Below are positions 40,261-51,100 of a DNA stretch of 64,000 bases, piece by piece. The translations under genes and the position numbers were made by a program. The DNA comes from Octopus sinensis (taxonomy: Eukaryota). The notes beneath the pieces are model-generated. The model did not search any database and had not been told where the DNA came from. It worked only from the letters and a program-made list of their open reading frames with translations. The stretch is from positions 9,021-73,020 of the forward strand of contig NW_021833102.1 in assembly GCF_006345805.1 (NCBI RefSeq), read 5' to 3'. How positions within the stretch are numbered: position 1 is the stretch's first letter; each line of letters begins with the position of its first letter.

Positions 40261-41630
40261 GTGGCGGAAGTTGTTCTCTCTGCATTTTTAGTGTTTATTG
40301 CTCCCGAGCATCTGCCACATACAAAAACTATCTTCCCCGTTAGCCTTCCTTTGATATTACTGCACCTCTTATGTGTCCATAGTTTACACTGGGTACATCT
40401 TATAGAGCTTCTACCTACGCCTCTACTTCAGATCGAGCAGAGCCATCTACCTGAAGGGATTTGTGGTTTGCGTGCCTTCCTACTTATTAGGACTTTGATT
40501 TTAGCTAGGTTGATTTTAAGGCCCTTCGATTCTAATCCTTGTTTACACACTTGAAACTTCTCCTCCAGTTCTAATAGTGACTCAGCAATTAGAGCAAGGT
40601 CATCAGCAAAGAGGAGCTCCCAGGGGCATCCTGTCTTGAATTCCTCCGTTATTGCCTGCAGGACTATGATAGATAGGTAGGGGCTGAGGAGTGAACCTTG
40701 GTGGACCCCTACCTCTACCCTGAATTCTTCAGTGTACTCGTTGCCAACTCTCACCTTACTTACAGTGTCCCTGTACATGGCTCGCACAGCTCTCACTAAC
40801 CATTCATCTATCCCTAGTTTCCTCATTGACCACCAGATAAGGGATCGAGGGACCCTGTCAAAGGCTTTCTCCATGTCAACGAAAGCCAGGTACAGGGGCT
40901 TATCTTTGGCTAGGTATTTCTCCTGCAGCTTTCTTACCAGAAATATGGCATCAGTGGTGCTTTTTCCTGGCACAAAACCAAACTGCATCTCATCCAAGCT
41001 GACACTCTCCCTAATCAGTTGGGCTATGACCCTCTCCGTAACCTTCATTACCTGATCCAACAGCTTGATACCTCTGTAATTATTTATATCTAAAGCGTCA
41101 CCTTTACCTTTGTAGCAGTTGATTATTATGCTGCTACACCAGTCATTGGGTATGACTCCTTCGTGTATCAACTGGTTAACTATACGGGTGACCAGGCTAT
41201 AACCAACACTGCCAGATATTTTGAGCATCTCTGCAGTAATTCCTGATGGGCCTGAGGCTTTTCCTGTCTTCATACTTCTAAATTACCTTATCTACCAAGG
41301 TACTGTCAACTCGGATAGCTGGTCCCTCAGTTGGGTCGACATTCGGCAGACTCTCTTTCTCTCATTCATTGTCTTTATTCAGCAACCTTTCATAGTGGCG
41401 TCTCCAAACCTCTCTCTTTGCAGCCACATTTAGCGCAAGTGAACCATTATCCATACGAACACATTTCTCTCCTACCACATCACGATTCTCTCTCACACAC
41501 TGTCTTGCAACACGAAATACCTCAAGCCTTTTGTCCTCACGGCGCAGAACATTGGCAAATTTTTTCTTATCTGCTTCTCCTCTGGCTAAATAAACCTGCC
41601 TCCTAGCTTCCCTTCTGGCAGTCTGACACA
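40261..41630 (-). mobile_element. RTE LINE internal fragment (RT core)
   Basis: ORF 40428..41273: GKASGPSGITAEML, NYRGIKLL, QFGFVPGKSTTDAIF, FVDMEKAFDRV, GVHQGSLLSP, LLFADDLAL. Confidence 0.95.
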
Positions 41631-41767
41631 CTTCACCCATATAGTTAATCAGGATGTATAGAAAGGTATTATACCCAATGACTGGCATAGCAGCATTGAA
41701 GTCAACTGTTATAGGAAGACAGACGTTAAATGATGTTGATATATTTTTTAGTAGACATAACTGACTT

Positions 41768-42126
41768 CTACACGTCCTTCATGGATGATTCTATGATCCA
41801 CAAAAACAGATGAATTATATCCAAAATGCTAATGTTGCTGCTACCAAAAGGTATTGAGGACTTGATGCTTTTTGTTTCAGTAGAGTTGCCCTTCCAACTA
41901 TAATCATCCTTATTTCTTTTAAATCTCTGAATTATCACCATTATCCCATTGCATGACATTTTGAGTCTATTGGGTACCTGGAAAATGAATAAAACCAGTC
42001 GTGTGTATGTGTATATATATGAGTGGCTGTGTGGTAAGTAGCTTGCTTACGAACCTTCCGGATTCTATCCCACTGCATGGTACCTTGTGAGTGGATTTGG
42101 TAGACGGAAACTGAAGAAGACCGTCG

Positions 42127-42163
<37 letters not shown>

Positions 42164-42660
42164 AGTGTGTGTATGTATATGTTTGCCCCCCCCAACACCG
42201 CTTGGCAACCGATGCTGTGTTTACGGCAAAAGAGACCGATAGAATAAGTACTAGGCTTACAAAGAATAAGTCCTGGGGTCGATTTGCTCGACCAAAGTCG
42301 GTGATCCAGCAAAAAAGAGAGAAAAACACGTTTTCACTCTCTAAATAACGATTTCTTTCATAAACAACTAAGTTGATTTGTTATTGGGCTCCTTGTATGG
42401 ATCTGAGAGTAATTTGACTGCTATTTCTAGCCACCCCACGTTAGCCTTGTTAATCATGTGAACGTCTAAACGTGTGTGTGTGTGTGTGTGTGAAGGTAGG
42501 TGGTAGAAAAGGGTCTCTTGTTTAAGAATCAATATATTTATCCCAATACATCATAATTGACACAAAACTTAAGACAAAAATATTAATAAATTCTTACTTT
42601 TTCGGAAATTCTTCTGTTGACTTCATTCACAATTCCTGTTTGTTTACAATCGTTACTCAT
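41768..42660 (-). CDS. Candidate two-exon 90-aa ORF of unknown function (42660-42598 joined to 41977-41768)
   Basis: ATG at 42660; phase-0 donor AAA|GTAAGA; acceptor ttttattcattttccag| leads into the only long open frame; the intron contains a SINE. No recognisable homology. Confidence 0.2.
42021..42325 (+). mobile_element. tRNA-derived SINE with internal deletions
   Basis: gagtggctgtgtggtaagtagcttgcttacgaacc...ccttgtgagtggatttggtagacggaaactgaag...aagaataagtcctggggtcgatttgctcgac. Confidence 0.85.
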
Positions 42661-42944
42661 TAAAATCCTTTTAAGTAATATGTATTCATACAAGCTCAAA
42701 CTTACAAACAATATTCAGTGAATAAACAAGGCAAATATTTTCAGATTGAAGACAGAAAAGTCCAGAAATTGAATTCAGATTTTTTACAAACTCGCCGCCA
42801 TTAATATTGAAACGACAATCCCACAATGCTTTGCGAAAAGTCAGAAACTCATTTGCAGCCGCTGTAGTTCCGTATTTGCTTCTTCTGACTTCATCTATTG
42901 CTGTCAAATTATTTATCTGTTAGAATCTGCTTCTCTCTCTCTCT

Positions 42945-42996
<52 letters not shown>

Positions 42997-43487
42997 TCAT
43001 CCCTCACTCTATCAATTTTTTTCTAGAGTTACGAAGCATCACTAGGGGTGATTTTTCCCAAAGTCAAACGAAAAATCTCAAAATGTAATTCATTTACCTT
43101 CGTATATCGAGTGTAGAAAGTAACTTTCAATGAAATTTTTTTCCAGAAACCAAATATTTAACACAAATTGCTTTAAAACAATCGAACGAGTCCATCGTCT
43201 TTCCATTATCTTTAACTTAAACATGGAGTTTAAGGTTTAAACTCTTGATTCCGATTTCAACGTCATGTTAGTTTCGTATTCGTATCAGACGAAATAACTG
43301 AGTTCAGATTTATTAAGAGAAGGTTAAAAACAGCAAAAAATATTTAAAAGTGTTTTTATTCAACGATATATATATATAAATATATATATATACATATATA
43401 TATATATATGCATACATATATATATGTATACATATATATATATGTATACATATATATATGTATACATATATATGTATACATACATGC

Positions 43488-43518
<31 letters not shown>

Positions 43519-43881
43519 AATGAGATAGGGGTTGAAAATTCAACCACCATGGGATAATATATATCCAATATACTGCTAGATAGGTACCCAACAAAATTAA
43601 TACATAGATGTTAAAAATTGTCAAACAATCAGTTCATCTTTTGCATTATATGGGTAAAGGTAATAATATTACCGTAAATTAATACTACAAAATTAGAGAA
43701 TGGAGAAATATACTTAAATCAGTAAAACATCAACTATCCGATGATACTCAATCCATACTTTAATACACCATTACATATGAGTAAAGGCAATACATAAAAT
43801 GAAATGAGATATACAGTAATAGTAACAAGATAAAGAGATATAATTAAAAAATTTCAAATATAATATGCAAATAAATCAAAA

Positions 43882-43989
43882 CTGACAGCTGTTTCGGCAG
43901 TGAGGACAGTCATACCTCATTTAACCTATAAGCCATAAAGGCAGGTATAAATGAGGCATTAACAAGGATGCCCCACGGCCTCTTCAGAG
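43882..43989 (-). ncRNA. Hammerhead ribozyme (type I, Penelope-type), minus-strand copy
   Basis: Reverse complement of 44997-45104: CUGAAGA, stem II, GAAA, CAGCUG, UC; predicted cleavage after the C at 43884. Confidence 0.8.
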
Positions 43990-44335
43990 AATTAAATTAA
44001 ATTTGTTATAATAGTGAAAAATATTATATAATCATATACATATAAATATAAAAATATAAAAATGTAAAATATAAAAACTTATACATCATAAAGCTACACT
44101 TATATAATATAATACACATTTGTACAAAAAAGGAAGGTAAACAGAACAAAATAAAACAAAATATATAATAGTGTATATATTAATATCAATAAGTACCGAT
44201 ATTATACATATTTGGCTAATAGTTTTTTTTATATATATAAAAAAAAGGCTAACATATATGGAGATGAAAAATAATAATTAAATCCGTGGTACAGTTCATA
44301 AGATTCTAAAGCTATAAAAGTTAATAAAAATTACT

Positions 44336-44372
<37 letters not shown>

Positions 44373-44593
44373 TAATAATAATAATAAAATATAATAAAAA
44401 TAGATACAGTTAAGTTAGCACCAAGTCCATCCTTACAAGATCGAAATAACTATGAGTTAAGAAATGCTGACCACTAGGTAAAGAAAAAATATTTTTTTCT
44501 TTACCTAGTGGTCAGCATTTCTTAACTCATAGTTATTTCGATCTTGTAAGGATGGACTTGGTGCTAACTTAACTGTATCTATTTTTTATTATA

Positions 44594-44651
<58 letters not shown>

Positions 44652-44996
44652 AGTAATTTTTATTAACTTTTATAGCTTTAGAATCTTATGAACTGTACCA
44701 CGGATTTAATTATTATTTTTCATCTCCATATATGTTAGCCTTTTTTTTATATATATAAAAAAAACTATTAGCCAAATATGTATAATATCGGTACTTATTG
44801 ATATTAATATATACACTATTTTATATTTTGTTTTATTTTGTTCTGTTTACCTTCCTTTTTTGTACAAATGTGTATTATATTATATAAGTGTAGCTTTATG
44901 ATGTATAAGTTTTTATATTTTACATTTTTATATTTTTATATTTATATGTATATGATTATATAATATTTTTCACTATTATAACAAATTAATTTAATT

Positions 44997-45104
44997 CTCT
45001 GAAGAGGCCGTGGGGCATCCTTGTTAATGCCTCATTTATACCTGCCTTTATGGCTTATAGGTTAAATGAGGTATGACTGTCCTCACTGCCGAAACAGCTG
45101 TCAG
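44997..45104 (+). ncRNA. Hammerhead ribozyme (type I, Penelope-type), plus-strand copy
   Basis: CTGAAGA (44999-45005), stem II closed by GGC/GCC (45006-45090), GAAA (45091-45094), palindromic ACAGCTGT stem III, GTC cleavage triplet (45100-45102), proximal stem I CT/AG. Confidence 0.8.
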
Positions 45105-45347
45105 TTTTGATTTATTTGCATATTATATTTGAAAATTTTTTACTTATATCTCTTTATCTTTTTACTATTACTGTATATCTCATTTCATTTTATATATTGC
45201 CTTTACTCATATGTAATGGTGTATTAAAGTATGGATTGAGTATCATCGGATAGTTGATGTTTTACTGATTTAAGTATATTTCTCCATTCTCTAATTTTGT
45301 AGTATATATATATATATATATATATGTATACATATATATATATATAT

Positions 45348-47690
45348 CATCATCATCGTTTAACGTCCGTTCTCCATGCTAGCATGGGTTGGACGGTTCG
45401 ACCGGGGATCTGGGAAGCCAGAAGGCTGCACCGGGCTCCAGTCTTATCTGGCAATGTTTCTACAGCTGGATGCCCTTCCTAACGCCAACCACTCCGTGAG
45501 TGTAGTGGGTGCTTTTTACGTGCCACCTGCACAGGTGCCAGGCGAGGCTGGCAACGGCCACGGTCGGATTGGTGTATTTTATGTGCCACCGGCACGGAAG
45601 CCAGTCGATGCGGTGCTGGCATCGGCCACGAGTCGGATAGTGCTTTTACGTACCACCAGACCAGGGATCCTGGCTGGGTCAATTCGATTTCGATTTCGCT
45701 TGCCCCAACATGTCTTCGCAAGCAAAGGGGGTTGGCATGGGTGCCTGTCGTACGGTCGAATTGATGTATTTTACGTGCCACCGGCACGGAAGCCAGTGGA
45801 GGCGGCGCTGGCATCGGCCACGAGTCTGATATTGCTTTTTACGTACCACCAGACCAGGGATCCTGGCTGGTTCAATTCGATTTCGATTTCGCTTGCCCCA
45901 ACATGTCTTCGCAAGCAAAGGGGGTTGGCATGGGTGCCTGTCGTACGGTCGGATTGGTGTATTTTATGTGCCACCGGCACGGAAGCCAGTCGATGCGGTG
46001 CTGGCATCGGCCACGAGTCTGATATTGCTTTTTACGTACCACCAGACCAGGGATCCTGGCTGGTTCAATTCGATTTCGATTTCGCTTGCCTCAACATGTC
46101 TTCGCAAGCAAAGGGGGTTGGCATGGGTGCCTGTCGTACGGTCGGATTGGTGTATTTTATGTGCCACCGTCACGGAAGCCAGTGGAGGTGGCGCTGGCAT
46201 CGGCCACGAGTCAGATAGTGCTTTTACGTACCACCAGACCAGGGATCCTGGCTGGTTCAATTCGATTTCGATTTCGCTTGCCCCAACATGTCTTCGCAAG
46301 CAAAGGGGGTTGGCATGGGTGCCTGTCGTACGGTCGGATTGATGTATTTTACGTGCCACTGGCACGGAAGCCAGTGGAGGCAGCGCTGGCATCGGCCACG
46401 AGTCTGATATTGCTTTTTACGTACCACCAGACCAGGGATCCTGGCTGGTTCAATTCGATTTCGATTTCGCTTGCCCCAACATTTCTTCGCAAGCAAGGGG
46501 GGTTGGCATGGGTTCCTGTTGTCGGATGAGGTTCTATATCGACTTCGCTTGCCTCAACAGGTCTTTGTGTCCAAGGGAGGAAAGGCATTCATAAGTGGGC
46601 TGGGCTCACTTGTCCTGCCTGGTCTTCTCACGTACAGCATATTTCCAAAGGTCTTGGTCGCTGGTCATTTCCTCTGTGAGGCCTAAAGTTCGAAGGTCGT
46701 GCTTCACTACCTCGTCCCAGGTTTTCCTGGGTCTACCTCTTCCACGGGTTCCCTCAACTGCTAGGGATTGGCACTTTCTCACACACCTATCTTCATCCAT
46801 TCTCGCCACATGACCATACCAGCGCAATCGTCTCTCTTGCACACCACAACTGATGCTTCTTAGGTACAACATTTCTCTCAAGGTACTAACGCTCTGTCGA
46901 GTATGTACACTGACATTACACATCCATCGGAGCATACTGGCTTCATTCCTCGCGAGCTTACGCATGTCCTCAGCAGTCACGGCCCATGTTTCACTGCCAT
47001 GTAGCATGGCTGTTCGTACACATGCATGATACAGTCTGCCTTTTATTCTTTGCGAGAGGCCTTTAGTCACCAGCAGAGGTAAGAGCTCCCTAAACTTTGC
47101 CCAGGCTATTCTTATTCTAGCAGTTACACTTTCAGCGCACCCACCCCCACTACTGACTTGGTCACCTAGATAATGGAAGCTATCAACTACTTCTAGTTTT
47201 TCCCCCTCGAAAGTCACGGAAGTTGTTTTCTGCAGATTTTCGGAGGTTAATGCTCCCGAGCATCTGCCACATACAAAAACTATCTTCCCAGTTAGCCTAC
47301 CTTTGACATTGCTGCACCTCTTATGTGTCCATAGCTTACACTGGGTACATCTTATAGAGCTTCTACCTACGCCTCTACTACAGATCGAGCAGAGCCATCT
47401 ACCTGAAGGGATTTGTGGTTTGCGTGCCTTCCTACTTATTAGGACTTTGGTTTTAGCTAGGTTGACTCTAAGGCCCCTCAATTCTAAACCCACCTTCCAA
47501 ACCTGGAACTTCTCCTCCAGTTCTGATAGTGACTCAGCAATTAGAGCAAGGTCGTCAGCGTAGAGGAGCTCCCAGGGACAACCTGTCTTGAATTCCTCCG
47601 TTATTGCCTGGAGGACTATGTTAAATAGGAGGGGGCTGAGTACTGAACCCTGGTGGACCCCAACCTCTACATTGAATTCTTCTGTGTACG
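45348..47690 (-). mobile_element. 5'-truncated young RTE LINE with open ORF2 C-terminal half, expanded 3' UTR and (GAT)n tail
   Basis: ORF 46606..47697: GVHQGSVLSPLLF, LLYADDLAL, Cys/His cluster, YLGD, HGSETW, RLRWYGHVARM, GRGRPRKTW; flanked by (TA)n. Confidence 0.95.
45561..46525. repeat. 192-193-bp tandem repeat x5 inside the RTE 3' UTR
   Basis: The anchor cggtcg(g/a)att recurs at 45561, 45753, 45946, 46139 and 46331. Confidence 0.95.
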
Positions 47691-47705
47691 TATACATATA
47701 TATAT

Positions 47706-47996
47706 CATCGTCATCATCATCATCGTCGTTTAACGTCCGTTCTCCATGCTAGCATGGGTTGGACTGTTCGACCGGGGTTCTGGGAAGCCAGAAGGCTGCA
47801 CCAGGCTCCAGTCTAATTTGGCAATGTTTCTACAGCTGGATGCCCTTCCTAACGCCAACCACTCCGTGAGTGTAGTGGGTGCTTTTTACGTGCCACCTGC
47901 ACAGGTGCCAGGCGGGGCTGGCAACGGCCACGGTCAGATTGGTGTATTTTATGTGCCACCGGCACGGAAGCCAGTCGAGGCGGTGCTGGCATCGGC

Positions 47997-47999
<3 letters not shown>
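47706..47999 (-). mobile_element. Second RTE 3' tail (~290 bp), nearly identical to 45348-45630
   Basis: ORFs at 45376 and 47746 are almost the same over ~85 codons; (CAT)n end. Confidence 0.9.
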
Positions 48000-48084
<85 letters not shown>

Positions 48085-48087
48085 ATG

Positions 48088-48128
<41 letters not shown>

Positions 48129-51100
48129 GGCTGTCCGCTAACTCATTTTATCGATCTCGTTTGGTGGTCCGCTAATTCATTTTACCGATCTCGTTTGGTG
48201 GTCCGCTATATCATTTTAGCGATCTCGTTTGGCGGTCCGCTAGGTCATTTTATCCGTCTCGATTGTCGGTCCGCTAAGTCATTTTATCGATCTCGTTTGG
48301 CTGTCCGCTAACTCATTTCATCGATCTCTTTTGGCGGTCCGCTAGTTCATTTTGTCGATCTCGTTTAGCGGTCCGCTAAGGTCATTTTATAGATCTCGTT
48401 TGGTGGTGCACTAGGTCATTTTATCGATCTCGTTTAGTGGTCCGCTAAGTCAATTTTATCGATCTCGTTTGGTGGTCCGCTAAGTCATTTAATCGATCTC
48501 GTTCCGTCATCTGCTAAGTTATTTTATCGATCTCGTTTGGCGGCCCGCTAGTTCATTTTATCCGTCTCGATTGGCGGTCCGCTCAGTCATTTTATCGATC
48601 TCGTTTGGCGGTCCATTAAATCATTTTATCGATCTCGTTTGGTGGTCCGCTAAGTCATATTTTGATCTCGTTTAGCGGTCCGCTAATTCATTTTATCGAT
48701 CTCGTTTGGCGATCCACTCGGTCATTTTATCGATCTCGTTTTGCGGTCCACTAAGTCATTTTATCGATTTCGTCTGGTGGTCCGCTAATTCATTTTATCG
48801 ATCTCGTTTGGTGCCCCGCTAATTCATTTTATCGATCTCTTTTGGCGGTCTGCTAGTTCATTTTGTTGATCTCGTTTAGCGGTCCGCTAAATCATTTTAT
48901 CGATCTCGTTTGGCGGTCCCCTAGATCATTTTATCCGTCTCGATTGGCGGTCCGCTAAGTCATTTTATCGATCTCGTTTGGCGGTCCACTAGGTCATTTT
49001 ATCGATCTCGTTTGGCGGTTCGCTCAGTCATTTTGTCGCTCACGTTTAGCGGTCCGCTAATGTCATTTTATCGATCTCGTTTATTGGTCCGCTAATTCAT
49101 TTTATCGATCTCTTTTGGCGGTCTGCTAGTTCATTTTGTTGATCTCGTTTAGCGGTCCGCTAAATCATTTTATCGATCTCGTTTGGTGGTCCGCCAAGTC
49201 ATTTTATCGATCTTGTTTGGTTGTCCGCTAAGTCATTTTATCGATTTCATTTGGCGGTCCGCTAGGTCATTTTATCCGTCTCGATTGGCGGTCCGATAAG
49301 TCATTTTATCAATCTCGTTTAACGGTCCACTAAGTCATTTTATCGATCTCATTTGGCGGTCCGCTGTCATTTTATCGATCTCGTTTGGCGGTCCACTTGC
49401 TCATTTTATCGATCTCGTTTGGCGGTCCGCTCAGTCATTTTGTCGATCACGTTTAGCGGTCTGCTAATGTCATTTTATCGATCTCGTTTGGTGGTGCGCT
49501 AATTCATTTTATCGATCTCATTTGGTGGTCCGCTATGTCATTTTATCGATCTCGTTTGGCAGTCCACTAGGTCATTTTATCCGTCTCGATCGGCAGTCCG
49601 CTAAGTCATTTAATCGATCTCGTTTGGCGGTCCGCTAATTCATTTTATCGATCTCTTTTGGCGGTTCCCTAGATCATTTTGTCGATCTCGTCTAGCGGTC
49701 CGCTAAATCATTTTATCGATCTCGTTTGGTGGTCCGCTCAGTCATTTTATCGATCTCGTTTGGTGGTCCGCTAAGTCATTTTATTGATCTCGTTTCGTCG
49801 TCTGCTAAATCATTTTATCGATCTAGTTTGGCGGTCCACCAATTCATTTTATCGATCTCTTTTGGTGGTCCGCTAAGTCATTTTTTGATCTAGTTTGGTG
49901 GTCCACTCGGTCATTTTATCGATCCCGTTTAGCGGTCCGCTAAGTCATTTTATCGATAACGTTTCGTGGTCTGCTAAGTCATTTTATCGATCTCGTTTTG
50001 CGGTCCACTAAGTCATTTTATCGATCTAGTTTGGTGGCCCGCTAATTCTTTTTATCGATCTCGTTTAGTGGTCCGCTATGTCATTTTATCGATTTCGTTT
50101 GGCGGTCCGCTAGGTTATTTTATCCGCCTCGATTGGCGGTCCGATAAGTCATTTTATCGATCTCATTTCGCGGTCCAGTAAGTCATTTTATCGATCTCGC
50201 TTGGCGGTCCGCTGTAATTTTATCGATCTCGTTTGGCGGTCAACTTGGTCATTTTATCGATCTCGTTTGGTGGTCCGCTCAGTCATTTTGTCGATCACGT
50301 TTAGCGGTCCGCTAATGTCATTTTATCGATCTCGTTTATTGGTCCGCTAATTCATTTTATCGATCTCGTATGGTGGTCCGCTAATTCATTTTATCGATCT
50401 CTTTTGGTGGTCTGCTAGGTCATTTTGTTGATCTCGTTTAGCGGTCCGCTAAATCCTTTTATCGATCTCGTTTGGTGGTCCACTAAGTCATTTTATCGAT
50501 CTTGTTTGGTTGTCCGCAAAGTCATTTTATCGATCTCGATTCGTCGTGTGCTAAGTCATTTTATCGATCTCGTTTGGCGGCCCGCTAGGTCATTTTATTC
50601 GTCTCGATTGGCGGTCCGCTAAGTCATTTTATCGATCTCTTTTGGCGATCCACTAAATCATTTTATCGAACTCGTTTGGTGGTCCGCTAAATCATTTTTT
50701 GATCTCGTTTAGCGGTCCGCTAAGTCATGTTATCGATCTCGTTGGGCGGTCCCCTCGGTCATTTTATCGATCTCGTTTTGCGGTCCACTAAGTCATTTTA
50801 TCGACCTCGATTCGTGGTCCGCTAATTCATTTTATCGAACTCGTTTGGTGGTCCACTATGTCATTTTATCGATCACGTTTGGCGGTCCGCTAGGTCATTT
50901 TATCTGTCTCGATTGGCGGTCCGCCAAGTCATTTTATCGATCTCGTTTGGCGGTCCACTAGGTCATTTTATCGATCTCGTTTGGCGGTTCGCTCAGTCAT
51001 TTTGTCGATCACGTTTAGCGTTCCGCTAATGTCATTTTATCGATCTCGTTTATTGGTCCACTAAATCATTTTATCGATCTCGTTTGGCGGTCCGCTGTCA

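Larger units (their letters stand above)
43682..45305. repeat. Spacer-less ~1.62-kb palindrome (arms ~810 bp, centre 44490/44491), probably an inverted Penelope pseudo-LTR
   Basis: atactacaaaattagagaatgg... is mirrored by ...ccattctctaattttgtagtat; the centre is ccactaggtaaagaaaaaat|atttttttctttacctagtgg; only a few substitutions and indels separate the arms. Confidence 0.95.

Noticed and set aside
43265-43300. Hairpin gttagtttcgt...acgaaataac as another ribozyme or terminator
   Set aside because: It lacks the catalytic core consensus, and a single short hairpin is not diagnostic.
45376-46686. 280-aa and related ORFs on the + strand
   Set aside because: Antisense to an RTE 3' UTR and made of the 193-bp tandem repeat; no protein motif.
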